Below, one piece after another: positions 41,957 through 57,242 of a DNA stretch of 64,000 nt (its first letter is position 1; each line of letters begins with the position of its first letter). The position numbers were made by a program, and so were the translations under genes. The DNA comes from the human T2T-CHM13v2.0 reference genome, Homo sapiens: NCBI RefSeq assembly GCF_009914755.1, contig NC_060944.1. One strand, 5' to 3'. The notes under the pieces are model-generated. The model worked only from the letters and a program-made list of their open reading frames with translations. It was not told where the DNA came from and did not search any database.

Positions 41957-42830
41957 GAAGCGAGCGCGGCTTAACTCCTGCCTGCCCGGCCCAGCCTGCC
42001 GGGGAGGCCGGGGGCGGGCTCCGGGATCGGGCCAAGGAGACGCGCGTGGCCGTGCATCCCTCTCCACCCAGGCCACCTGCACAGCTGGCCTCGCGATCCC
42101 GCCTTCCTTCGTCCCGTCAACAACGTGTGTTGAACGCCTCCTGTGCGCGAGCCGCGGTGCAGGGCACGGTGACAGGCGTCTGAGATACAGCTGTGAATCA
42201 AACACAAACATCCGGCCCTCGTGGAGCTGGTTGGAAACAGATCATAAACAAAAAAGCGAAAGGATATATGAGGCGGTGACAAGCGCTGGGGGAAATAATG
42301 AAACAGGAGGAAGGGTCAGAGGGTGGGAGGGGGCAGATCGGAACTGTAAATAGCCCTTGCTTTCATGAGCTTCCATTCTAGATTTTAGCGGGGGGTCGGG
42401 GGTGGGGGACGGAGGCGGACAATGAATACATCAGTACATATGCAATGTGGCAGGTGGTGATAACCGCTAAGAAGAAAAATAAAGCGAGGTATGGGGAAGA
42501 GAGGGTGAAGAGTGAGCTGGTTTATATAGTCTGGTGATTCATTCATTCATTCATTCATTCATTTATTCATGTTAAGTTGGACATCTGGTTATTGACAGCT
42601 TCCTATGTGCAAGCAGAATGCCAGGCTCCGTGAAGGGAAAGTCTTCCCCCTGGAGCTCCCCATCCAGTGGGGGAGGCAAAACCCATCACATAATCCCAGA
42701 AATGAAAACTGGAGGAGGTACCTGGAGAGGCAGGCAAGGGTTCTCTAAGGATGCCACAGATGGGCCTTGTGTTTACTCATTTATTCTTTCAAATATTCAT
42801 TTACTGCATGATAAGTAAATAGGTGTCAGC

Positions 42831-43136
42831 GGCCGGGCACAGTGGCTCATGCCTGTAATCTCAGCACTTTGGGAGACTGAGGCGGGAGGATGGCTTGAGC
42901 CCAGGAGTTGGAGACCAGCCTGGGCAACATAGTGAGACCCATCTCTGCCAAAAAATAAAAAATTAGCTGGGCATGGTGCTGCTTACCTGTGGTCTCAGCT
43001 ACTCAGGAGGCTGAGGCAGGAGGATCACTTGAGCCCAGGAGGTCAAAGCCACTATAAGCTGTGATTGCACCTCTGCATTTCAGCCTGGATAACAAAGTGA
43101 GACCCTGTTGCAAAAAAAAAAAAAGAAAAAAAAAAG
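42831..43136 (+). mobile_element. AluJ
   Basis: Dimer with poly(A). Confidence 0.92.
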
Positions 43137-44711
43137 TGCCGGGGATGGGTACAGCAGTGAGCTCCCCTGCCCTGGAGGACAAAAACTGAACAAGATACAG
43201 TGTTCCAACACAGGTTCCTCTCTGGCCCTTTTCTTCCTTTCTAAAATTAAGGGGTTCATTTCCATAATTTCCATAGAGTTGCACATAATATTATTATATA
43301 TTTTTTACTTGTCCACTTATCATCTCCACCATCATGACCCTTGTCCAAGGTACCATCGTCTTGTCTCCCTGCAACCTCCCTGCAACTTGGCTCCCATCTT
43401 GGCCTCATCCCTGGCTCCCATGCCTGGCTCCCATCTTGGCCTCCTACAGTTCATTCTCCCCATGGCCACCAAAACAACTGCTACATTTCATGGACCATGA
43501 AATGTTGGACCATGTTTCTCATCTGCTTAAAACCTTCCCAAGACTTTCCCTTGCTTTAGACTAAAACCTAAACTTCTGGCCTATTGCCCTAATTCAGCCC
43601 GCCCCCCTTTCTGAGCTTGTAGACCAGTGGAGGAAGACAGGTAACTAAAAAAGTAAATTTTTAAAGAGAGAGTTTCAGGCTACAGTGATTGTTATAAAGG
43701 AAATGGAACATCATGATGGGGTGGAAAAAGAGAGACCAAGCTGCTAGTGTTACACAGGGTGGTCAGGAAGGGTGTCTCAGAGGAGATTAATAGAGATTGA
43801 AAGATAAGAAGGGACTAGCCATGGGGAGAATGAGGGAAATGCATTCCAGGTGGAGGAAACAGCAAGTGCAAATGACCTGGGGTGTGAGAGACAGTGAACA
43901 ATCACATTCCCTCCTGCTTCAGTCTGGTGTTCCTAGGGTCAGAAAGGGTTCTCAGCTGGCCCCTCTGTAAGCCTAATCTGTTGAAGGCAACTTTTCTCCA
44001 GAGATCTGGGCATTCCCACAGGAGGTTTCAGAAAGCAATAAATCCTTCCTGATGAGAGGGAAAAAATGACTCTATAATGGTGAAATTTCCAGGCATTACT
44101 GCAGGCATTACGGTGCCTTCCAGGTACAGCTAAAATAACACCTAGAAGTGCGGTTCTTCTCTACTCCATATAACCAAGGAGTGGAGATGCATGTTTGTTG
44201 GGCACCTACTACAAGTAGTCCTCTGAAGGTATAACATCCATCAGCTTCCACATCTGTAAATAAGAGATGAGGTTATTTATAGATGTGGAAGCTAAAGCTC
44301 CGAGAGAAGGTGTCTTGCCCAATATCTTGCTGGCAAGTGCTGGCACAACCAGATATGGGAATCTCTTGTTTGACTCCAAAATCAACGGGCTATCCAAATA
44401 CCAGAGCAGCCTCTCTGCAAAGTCCTTTCTCCATCAGTTCATTTATTGATTAATGGAATCATTCCAGATGTTTACTGAGCATCTACTGTGTGCCTCAGCA
44501 TGGGTGTTGGTGCTGGGAATTGAGGGTGAGTAATTTATATGGTCCCTGTCCTCGTGGAGCCACACACCTCTCTTGCCAAGGCCAGGAACAGACAGAAAAC
44601 CTTGTTACTTGTTTTTCTTCTGTATTGTTTTTTTCATTTTTAAATTCCCTTTTATCTGCATTCCCCTCCCACTAGCCCATAGGAAATGGTTGTCATGTGT
44701 CAACCGTATAT

Positions 44712-44893
44712 TGTTTTGTTTGGGTTTGTTTTTGCTTTTGCTTTTAGAGATCGGGACTCACTCTGTCATCCAGGTTGGAGTGCAGTGGCATGATCATGGC
44801 TCATTGCAACCTAAAACTCCTGGGCTCAAGTGAACCTTCTGCCTCGGCCTCCCAAAATGTTGGGATTACAGGTGTGAGCCACTGCGCCCGGCC
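44712..44893 (-). mobile_element. Fossil Alu monomer (FAM-like)
   Basis: Single arm. TSD GTATATTG. Confidence 0.8.
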
Positions 44894-45835
44894 TGTATAT
44901 TGCTTTGTTTGTATGAGTTCTTGAAAACTGTGTTTGGTGTTTTGTGTGCACTTTAAAACTTGCATATATGGTTTGTGTTATACATCACATTCTATTTATT
45001 TTTCTCTAAGATCCATCCACGTTGCTGTGGGTACACCCAGCCTGCTGCTTGTAATAGCTGCACAGTTGTTCACGATGACACAAGTCCCCTTTCCACTGTC
45101 CACCCGCTATGTGGTCACCCAGAAGACCTCCAACTCCCACCACCACAATGAATGCATCCACGAGCATCCTCCCATGTGTCTGCTTATGAGCCAGTGTGAT
45201 GATTTTTTAAAAAAACATTTCCTGCAGGTTCAGAATTGACACATCACAGAGTATGTTGCACTTAATTTAACTAAGCACACCCAAGTCTCCCTACAGATGT
45301 CTGTTCCAGGCTGCATCTCACCAGCAGTGCTTGAGAGTTCCTACAGCTCCACATCCCAGCCAGCATTTGGTATTATCCAGATATGTAGGTTTTGACAGTC
45401 TAACACGTACAAGGTAACATCTCAGTATATTTAAATTTGCATTTCTCTGATTACTAATGAGTCTGAGACTCTCTTCATATGCTTATTGTTCTCTTGTATA
45501 AATATCACCTGTGCACATAGTGGCCCATTTTTCTATCAGGATTCCTGTTTTTTTCTTGATGATTTGCAGGATTCCTTTGTATAATGCAGATTTTAAGTCC
45601 CTTGTGGATTTTAGACATTGCAAATATCTTCTTCTGCTTTGTCACCTACCTGTTAACTTTGCCTATGGTGTCCTTTATTAAGCAGAAATCTTTTTAAAGT
45701 GATCAAGATAATCTATTTTTGGCTGTATAGTTTGTGCTTTTAAAGTTTTTGTTTGAGTCCTCCCCTGCCCCTAAGTTGCAAACAGTTTTGTTTATTAATT
45801 TTATATTTTTATTTTTTACTTTAGGTCTTTAACCA

Positions 45836-45837
<2 letters not shown>

Positions 45838-45881
<44 letters not shown>
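45838..45881. repeat. (TG)22 microsatellite
   Basis: Read directly. Confidence 0.97.
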
Positions 45882-45882
<1 letters not shown>

Positions 45883-46296
45883 TTTGGTAGGGAGCCAACT
45901 TCATTCATTCCCTATAGCTGGCTAGTTTTCTGAAAACTACCTATGAAATAACTTGTCCTTTCCCCAGCTGATCTGTGGGCCACCTTTGTCATATGAAGCC
46001 TCTTGCACTCCCCACTCTGCTCCATTGGGCTTCTTGTGCTTATGTCACTGTGGTCCTGTTTTTATTAGCATGGCTTTATAGTGAGCTTTAGTGCCTGTAG
46101 CCCTTGTCTCTCTTCTTTGTTCTTTTTTAGGGCACACTTGGCTATTTGTGGACCTTTAATCCTCTCTACAAACTTTTTAGTAAGTTTGTTATGGGACAGT
46201 TTCTCTTCCCTTGCACTCATTTCCTAATCCTGATCACCAGTTTGCCACCAAAGCCTACCCACAGCTCCTCTACCCAGTGAAACCCCTGAGGAATGT

Positions 46297-46845
46297 TGCC
46301 ATGGTTAATACTAAGTGTCAACTTGATTGGACTGAAGGATGCAAAGTATTGCTCCTGGGTGTGACTGTGAGGGTGTTGCCAAAGGAGATTAACAATTGAG
46401 TCAGTGGACTGGGAGAAGCAGACCCACCCTCAGTGTGGGTGGGCACCATCCAATCAACCACCAGTGTGGCTGAAATAGAGCAGGCAGAAGAAGGTGGGAG
46501 AAGCTGACTTGCTGAGTCTTCTGGCCTCCATCTTTCTTCCATGCTAGATGCTTCCTGCCCTGGAACATCGGACTCCAAGTTCTTTGGCTTTTGGACTCTT
46601 GGGCTTACACCAGTGGCTCTCAGGTGTTTGCCCACAGACTGAAGCCTGCACTGTAAGCTACTCTACGTTTGAGGTTTTGGGACTTGGACTGAGCCACTAC
46701 TGGCTTCCTTCCTCTTCAATTTGCAGACAGCCTGTTGTGGGACTTCACCTTGTGATTGCGTGAGTCAATTCTCCTTAATAAACTCCCTTTCATATATACC
46801 TCTATCCTATTAGTTCTGTCCCCCTGAGGAACCCTGACTAATACA
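46297..46845 (+). mobile_element. MLT2A (HERV-L) solo LTR, 549 bp, probably MLT2A2
   Basis: TG...CA termini; atggttaatact..gtgtcaacttgattgg...gaaccctgactaataca. Perfect 5-bp TSD AATGT. Confidence 0.92.
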
Positions 46846-48022
46846 AATGTGGACAGACAGGTCCCTGGAAAGAAACCTGGGGCCAATCTTCCAATCAGCT
46901 GGAAAGCCAAGGAAAGCAATTTCCCTACAAAAATGAGTGAGACAGGTATTTTGATGTTATTATGTTTGTTTGTTTGTTTGTTAAACAAACGGGATATGTT
47001 ACAATGTCTGGAGATATTTTTGACTGTCATAACTCCAGGGGAGAGGGAGAGTGGTTGTCCTGGCATCTAGTGGGTAGAGGCCAGGGATGGTGCCAAGCAC
47101 CATGCATGGCCCAGGACAGCCCCAACTGTAAAGAATTCTCCTGCCCCAAATCTCAACAGTGGCAAGATTGTGAAACCCTGCATGAGTTAGATGGAAGGCA
47201 AAGGTGTTTCCCAGTCTGGAAATGCCATTCTTCAACCAACCATTAATAAACACCTACTATGTACCAAGCATTACTCTTGACACTGGAGCTACAGTGTAAA
47301 TAAAATAGACAGTACTGCGCTCACGGACTTATATTCTTGTGGGAGATACAGTTAATAATCAAGTAAATAAGTCATTCTGCTTGTGATAAACGCAATGAAA
47401 AAAAGTAAATGGAAGCGATAGAGCCTAACTGAGAGAGACATCAGCAACTTTAGATAGAGTAGTCAGGGAAGGCTTCCTGGAGGAGGCAATATGTCTAAGC
47501 TGAGAACCTGTGGGTAGGAAAAGCCAACCATGTGAAGTTCTGAGGAAGGAGGTACAGGCAAGGGAACAGCACAAGCAAGGGTCCTAAGGTGGGAATGAGC
47601 TTGATGTGTTCTAAGAACAGATGGATGCCAAGACCAAGCCATGCATTGCCCGGTTGGGATTTTATTCTCAAGGTTAAGGGAGGAGTTTGAGTTTTTTCTA
47701 ATTGTGATGGGAAGCCATGGTAGTGTTTTAAGCAAAGAAGTCCCATGCACTGATATGTTTTGAGGCGATGGCTCCAGCTGCTGGTGTGCACTATGAAGTA
47801 TTTGAGGATAAAAAATGGCGGCAGGAAAACCCACGATAAGATTTCTCCAATTGTCCAGGGCAAAGGTAATGAGATTTGGACTCGATGATAGTGGCAAGGA
47901 TGGCTGGGCAGTTTCACAGCCACAAGTCTCTGATGGGAGACTGGTATCTAGTGGGTGGGGGCCGGGGATGCTGCTAAACCCCATGCAATGCTCGGCACAG
48001 CCCCCCACTATAAAGAATTCTT

Positions 48023-48558
<536 letters not shown>

Positions 48559-49522
48559 CTAACAGCCCTGTTGTGACTACTTGTCCATTTATTTACTCAA
48601 CCAGGATTCAGTGCAAAATGACTCAGATGGCAGTGTGACCTGTGGCTCAGAGGAAGGATTCTGGAGTCAGAATGGTGCTATTACTTACTTGCAGTGACCT
48701 TGGGCAAGTGCCCTAACCTCTCTGAGCCTCAATTTTCTCATCTGAAATACAGGGTGGTAATAAAAAGAGCACTTGCTTTATAGGGTTATTATAAGGAATT
48801 TGTAGAAAGCACTCAGTCATCACCAGCTCTCATTGTCTGGTAACTGCAGGTTACCTAAGGGCAGGAGCTGGTCTGTCTTGCTCATCTCATATAACAGAAT
48901 GCTTAAATAATAGAGACTTAAAGAATACAGATACTTACTTATCTCACATAAAAAGTTAAGAGGAGGGTGGCATGAAAGTTGATTCAGCAGCTCAACCCTG
49001 TTATTAAGGACCCAGGTTTCTTCCACCCTTTTGTTCTGCCTCCCTATGTGTATGGGCTTTTCATGCCCAGGCTTACTGCCTCATTGCTACAAAATGGCTG
49101 CTGTTATGCCAGGCATCAATCTTCATAAAATCATATTCAAAGGCAGGAAGGAGGAGGTGACAAGGATGGCCAAAATAACTCTCGCTTCTCTCACTCTCTC
49201 TCTCTTTTTTTGTAATCCCGCCACCCACTATCAACTTCCCCTACCATCTCATTGGCCAGAACAGGGTCATATAGCCACCCCTAGGCTGATCACTAGCAAA
49301 GGGAACAGGATTCACCCCATAGGGTGAGATTATTCCTGTATTAACAAAATTCAAGTTCCTTTAATAAGGAAGAAATTAAGACAGAAGTTGGGTGGGCAGC
49401 CACAGTGTCCACCATACTGTTCACCAGTGGCCAGCACAATCCCTATTACAAAGTAACGTTTGACAAATGTTTTTGAATGAATAAATAAACCCTCTTATTT
49501 GAGGGCATATAAGAAGCTTATG

Positions 49523-50252
49523 GAACAGTTTGGAGGTTTCTCAAGAAACTAAAAATTGAGCTACCATATGACCTAGCAATACCATTGCTGGATATATACT
49601 TCCCAAAAAGGGAAATTAGTATATCAAAGAAATATACACTCTTATATTTATTGCAGCACTGTTTACAATGGCTAAGATTTGGAAGTAACCTAAGCATCCA
49701 TCAACAGATGAATGAATAAAGACAATGTAGTACATATACACAATGGAGTACTATTCAGCCATAAAAAAGAATGAGATCCTGTCATTTGCAACAACATGGG
49801 TGGAACTGGAGAGCATTATGTTAAGTGAAATAAGCAGGTACAGAAAGGCAAACATCACATGTTCTCACTCATTGGTGGGATTTAAACATCAAAACAATTG
49901 AACTCATGGACAGAGAGAGTAGAAGGATGGTTGCCAGAGGCTGGGAAGGGTAGTGAGGGCTTGGGGAGGGGGAGGTGGGGATGGTTAATGGATAAAAATA
50001 TAGAAAGAATGAATAAGACCTACTATTTGATAGCACAAGAGGATGACTATAGTCAATAATAACTTAAGTGAACATTTTAAAATAAAGAATGCAGTTGGAT
50101 TGTAACTCAAAAGCCAAATGCTTGAGGGGATGGATGCCCTATCCTCCATAATGTGCTCATTTCACTTTGCATGCCTCTATCAAAACATCTCATGTACTCC
50201 ATAAATACATACACCTACTATGTACCCACAAAAATTAAAAATAAAACAAATG
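49523..50252 (+). mobile_element. 5'-truncated L1MA/PB
   Basis: L1 3' end with an A-rich tail. 12-bp TSD AAGAAGCTTATG at 49511-49522 and 50253-50264. Confidence 0.9.
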
Positions 50253-50779
50253 AAGAAGCTTATGAATAAGACACATCTCTGATCTCAAGGGTATCCAGTT
50301 CTATTCGTTGGGATAAGGTATACAGAAATAAATTCGACAATGATCTCTCTTATTGGCCCCTCCCCATCTCCAAGGCTTTGATGAGGAAACCCCCTGAGAT
50401 CATTTAAGATCTCAGTATCTCAACTGACATTTGTATATATCTTAAAAAAAAAAAAAGAATGGCTATTCTGCAAAAGTTACTGGGGGGAAAAAAAAACAAA
50501 AAAAAACCAGAAATGGCTGGTACGTAAGCAGTGTTCCAGCCCTCTAGGCAATCTCTATTCCAAATAGCAGAGGGCATGAGCTGGTGGACTGTGGACTTGT
50601 GTTGTTTGGCCATGAGAGTATTTTTTAAAATTGTAATCAACAGTGAAACATCAGAAGAGTTTACATAAAATATGGATTTGCAGCGTCACTTGAAAAATTA
50701 AAGGATCTGATTAACACTGGAACCACATTCTTGCATGGCATGGCAATTATGGCTGACACAGAGTTGTGGCTGCCCTTGA

Positions 50780-51176
<397 letters not shown>

Positions 51177-51582
51177 TCACTCTTCTTATTTATGTTACCT
51201 GCATGGTCCTGGTATAAATGTGAGTCTGTGCTTCTTGCATGCAAAGGCCAAGGGACTCCAAAGAGGCTATCTTGCCTCTCTCTGTTTCCCCAGACTCTGC
51301 ACAGTGCATGATTTAGAATTTTCACTTTCTGAATGAAAAGACTGTAAGTTATTTGAAGGCACATAGCCTTCATTTCTAACAATTTTCTGCCATCATAAGA
51401 GGAGAGACTACCTAGAAATAAAGCCATTAGAGGGGAAAGTTGGGTGCCCCTGGATTTTCCAGTTATGTGAGCTCATAAATTCTTTTTACCTAAGCCAAGT
51501 TGAGTTGTCATTGTGTCATCTACATCCAAAAGAGCTCAACTGATATAATCCTCTTTCCACTGACGAGAAGGTTATAATCTAC

Positions 51583-51873
51583 TTTTTTTTTTCTGAGACA
51601 AGGTTTCACTCTGTCACCCAGGCTGGAGTACAGTGACATCATCACGGCTCACTGCAGCCTTGACCTCCTGGGCTCAAGCAATCCTCCCACCTCAGCCTCC
51701 TGAGTAGCTGGGATCACAGGCATACACCACTATGCCTGGAAAATTTTTGTATTTTTATAATAATAGAGATGCAGTTTCACCATATTGCCCAGGTTGGTCT
51801 TAAACTCCTGGGCTCAAGAAATCTGCTCACCTCAGCTTCCCAAAGTGCTGAGATTGCAGGCATGAGCCACTGC
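51583..51873 (-). mobile_element. AluJ
   Basis: Dimer. TSD TAATCTACTT. Confidence 0.9.
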
Positions 51874-51999
51874 AGTTGTAATCTACTTGAGCCCTATATA
51901 TACTTATATATACTTATAGGAAACAAGGCAAAAAGAGTAATAAAAAGCAGAATATTCTATAGAGAAGGGACACCCCATCCCAATGAGAACTTAAGTACA

Positions 52000-52463
<464 letters not shown>

Positions 52464-53389
52464 TCAATCCTCTCTGCAGACATCTTCTGCTGAGAAGTGT
52501 TCAGATTTTTCTCAGAGGCTGAGTGAGGTCAAGTCAACCCAATTCGTCCATGTAAATACAAGTGATATACCCTTTAAAAGGTGCTGGCAAGAGACGTGTT
52601 CACTTGAAGTCAAGCTTTTTTCTTTCTCTTGGACTCCATAATACCTGTCATCATTTATTTATAATCCCACTGAGTATCCTACTTAGGTTTTTTGGCACAT
52701 CTGGGCACTGAGCAAGGCTAATTAATCCCCCTTCCCCCATGAATTCCTGGGTAAGAATAATTGCTTTATGAGGGTGGTTATAGGGGTACCCGAAGCCTCA
52801 AGGAAAATCATTACATCTCTGAGTGGATGTCGCTCAGGACAACGGGTCTTTGCTGTGGCCCTGCCCAGACAAAGCACCAGCAGCCTGAGGGATTTTTCCA
52901 TCAGCTTGGACTCCAGTCTTCTCACCCATCTCTCTTTTGTCACACCCCAAAATAATAATCATAATCATAATTAAAAACAGGATAATGGTGGAATCTTCCT
53001 CTCAGGGTTGCTGAAAGAAGTAAAAAGATAATGCAAATAAAGTGTTTCACACCTTGCCTAAAAGTAGTAAGTACTCATTAAGGGAAGAGTAGTAGCAATG
53101 CTAACAATGACAATATCAGCTAACATTGATTGAGCACTTCCTGTATACCAGGCCCTGTTCTAAATGCTTTGCATGCGTCTGATCTCATTTAAGATTCTTT
53201 CCAGCTCTTTCACTCTCAGGCTGAATATTCTGATATAAACAAGACCTATTAAATGTTAGATGATACTTGAGTGAACAGATGTCTGATTCTAGTGCCTGTT
53301 CTATTTTCCCCTAGCCTGATTGTCTTTATTAAGCCCTGGGTTTCCTGGCCCAAGTTCCTGGTAAGTGGATGAACTTGGTTTTCTTTTCT

Positions 53390-53542
53390 TTCTTCATTTT
53401 CATTTTCTAAATTAAATAAAATTTGTTTTAGAGTTGGAGTCTATGTTGCCCAGGCTGGCCTTGCACTCTTGGGTTCAAATGGTCCTCCCACCTCTGCCTC
53501 TCAAGTATCTGGAATTATAGGCACATACCCAGTGTGCCTGAC
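53390..53542 (-). mobile_element. FLAM-type Alu monomer
   Basis: ctatgttgcccaggctggccttg..ctcttgggttcaa..ggtcctcccacctc. Confidence 0.7.
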
Positions 53543-53569
53543 TGAGCCTGGTTTTCTGACCAACCCAAA

Positions 53570-54017
53570 CATTTACCCATCTCTCCTTCCTTTCTTTTGC
53601 CTATCACCTATCCATCAACCTAATCATCCCCTCATCCATCTATATACTCAGCAACCAAATTATTCAACTACATACCCACCCATCCATCTACCCACTCACT
53701 CATCTATTCGTTCACTCACCCACTTACTCATCCATCTTTCTTTCCATTCATTCATATATTCTATCCATTATCCATCTTGCTACCTTCTCATCCACCTACT
53801 TATCCATTTATCCATCTATCCACCCATCCGTACACCATCTGTCTTTCCACTCATCCATCTATCTGCCCATTCACCCACCCACACAACTACTCCCTCATCC
53901 ACCCCAAATATTCATGCATCTATCCACCACTCACTCGCCAGTCATCCATCCGTCCACCCTTCTAATCTATCCATGTATCTATCTGCCCACCCAGCCATCT
54001 CAACCCATCTACCACCT
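53570..54017. repeat. Degenerate (CCAT/TCCA)n array
   Basis: ccatccatc / catctatcc / cacccac repeated over about 450 bp. Confidence 0.85.
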
Positions 54018-54949
54018 AACATTTGCAGTGATGCTCTGTGCTAATCCCTAGCTTGTTGTTTTGGGCTCCCTCCCTGGGAGGAAAGGTGAGTGCCATCAGA
54101 GGGTCCCCACAGAGGAAGACAGATAAACCAGTGAGCCTCTTTGTGGCCTGGACCTTCAAAGCCACTGACTTCCAGGGTCTGTGGCCAAACAATGATGAAA
54201 TGCACATGGAAAATGAGAAGCCCTGCAATTACATGGAAAGAGACAGAGGCTCAGCCCTCCCAATGTTACAGCTGAATGCAGCATTCCAGGCATCCCTACC
54301 AAGCCACTCCACCATAGGGTGGAGATGGATGGAGGCACATGCTTCCAGCAGAGCAATTAGAGGTAAACTAATATCTCTTTCCCACAGAGGAGCCTGGGAA
54401 CTCCAAGACGCAATGGAAAGGAGGCGAGTCAGCAAAAGGAGGAAATCAAAGCCACAGAGATCAAGAGCTAATTAACTGATCCTCCTAAGATAATGTTTCA
54501 TTAAAATCCAGTTCTTCTGCCCTGTGGGGACTGATATCTCTCCTACTGCCTCTCCATTGCCCTTTTCCACCCATTCCTGATCTCATCTGCCTCCGCTCTG
54601 ATCTTTCCCCAAGTCTTCTCCCTCCTCCAATCCAACCTCCCCCCAGCTACTAGGGTAGACTTTTAAAGGCACAAGTCTGACCATGTCACTCCCTATTTAT
54701 AAGTCTTCACCACTCATTGCCTGAGACAAAGGGCAAACTCCCAAGATAAGGCAAAGGCCGTTCATTCATTTAACACAGATTTCCTCAGTGCCTCTCCTCT
54801 CTCACAAGCTTGGGGATGGTAGGACACAGAAACAAGTTTCTGACCCTTGCCCTGTTTCTCCAGCTTCTTTACCCACCACTCCTTTCCACATTCCTGCATT
54901 TCAGCAAAAACTTTCCAACCTCCGGCTTAGTGATAGCCAGTCCCTAGGG

Positions 54950-55855
<906 letters not shown>

Positions 55856-56818
55856 GAGGCCTTGCTCCTGCTATTTCCACAGCTTAGAATGTTTCTCCAA
55901 CCCCAGCCATCTTCTTTACCCCACATGGTGAACTCCTATTCACCTTTCAGAGCCCATATTCAGCATCACCTTCCCTGCCTCCCATAGTCTGAGTTAATGT
56001 CTCTTTCCTCTGGGAAACTGTATGAGACTAACCTACAATACTTATTTTTCTGTTTCTTCCGCTGGCTATGAATGACAATATTTACTCATGTAATGCTCAC
56101 AAGAACCCTATGAGGGAGACGGTATTATTATCCATTATCCTATTTTACAGGTGAATAAGCTGGGGCACAGAGAAATGCCCCCAAATCACCCTGGTATTAA
56201 GTGGCTCAGCAGAGATTTAAGCCCACTCAGAACCCAAGCTCTTGTCCACTGTGGCTTCTTAGTAAAGTATAAAAAAGGTATGACATTTATTGGTCTCATT
56301 TAACACAAAATCCAGAAGTAGGTGATGCCAGGACCTGTCTCAGCAACAGCCTAGCTATCTCAGGGTCCTTGTTTGATTTCTGTGAGAGTCTCTTGTCCAC
56401 ATCGTCACAAAACGGCTGCCATGCTCAGCCTCTCACATGACAACTCCCAGAGAGGGAGGAAGAAGGAACATCTCCCATATTTCAGAAGCTCCCCACTGAT
56501 TTTCCCAGCCATCTCATTGGTCAGTACTGGATCACATGACCACCACTAGCCCAGTTACTGGCAAGGGGAACCTGATATCCATGTTTGGCTTGGCCCTGTC
56601 TTGATTTGGAGGTTGGGCCCATTTTCTTGAGCACAAGGCTGCCTAATATCTGAAGAAAGCCAGGGTTTCTTCTAGTGAGGAAGTTGGCCAATCAATTAGT
56701 GTCTCTTCTGCAGTGGTCAGCTCTTAGAACACCTGAAATAAAGTCACATACAGACCCTGTTCATCCCAAGGATCCAGATGTCCCAAAGGTCAATCTCCCA
56801 GATTTGCATAATGTGAGT

Positions 56819-57242
56819 TGTCTTAGTCCATTTGTGTTGCTATAAAGGAATACCTAAGGCTGCATAATTTATAGAGAAAAGAGGCTTATTTGGCTCAATG
56901 TTCTGCAGGCTATACAAGATGTGGCACTGGCATCTGCTTCTGGTGAGGGCCTCAGGCTGCTTCCACTCATGCTGAAAGGGGAAGGGCAGCCCGTGTGTGC
57001 AGAGACCTCATGGCAAGAGAGGAAGCAAGAAAGAGGCAAGGGAGGCACCGGCTCTTTTCAACAACCAGCTCTTGCAGGAACTACTAGAGTGAGAACTCAC
57101 TTCTTACCATGGGGAGGGCACCAGGCCTTTCATGAGGGATCAACTCCCATGACCCAAACCCCTCCCATTAGACCACACCTCCAACATTGGGAATCAAATT
57201 TCAACATGAGGTTTGCAAAGGTCAAACATCCTAACTATAGCA
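56819..57242 (-). mobile_element. MST (MaLR) solo LTR
   Basis: tgtcttagtccatttgtgttgctataaaggaatacc...aatttcaacatgagg...ctatagca. Near-TSD TGAGT/TGGGT. Confidence 0.88.

Larger units (their letters stand above)
44620..46190 (-). mobile_element. Old L1ME-type fragment containing an Alu monomer and a (GT)n tract
   Basis: aatttgcatttctctgattactaatgag...ttgcaaatatcttc, antisense L1 ORF2-end motifs. Confidence 0.7.

Noticed and set aside
41387-42353. Long overlapping ORFs (319, 209, 159 and 130 aa) in the distal CpG block
   Set aside because: Stop-poor GC-rich DNA gives Arg/Gly/Pro/Ala low-complexity ORFs in several frames on both strands, with no recognisable domain.
43385-43445. Short direct repeat ggctcccatcttggcctc occurring twice
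   Set aside because: Small slippage duplication inside an L2 fossil, with no further structure.
53469-54044. 191-aa His/Pro/Ser/Ile-rich ORF
   Set aside because: Translation of the degenerate (CCAT)n array plus a FLAM.
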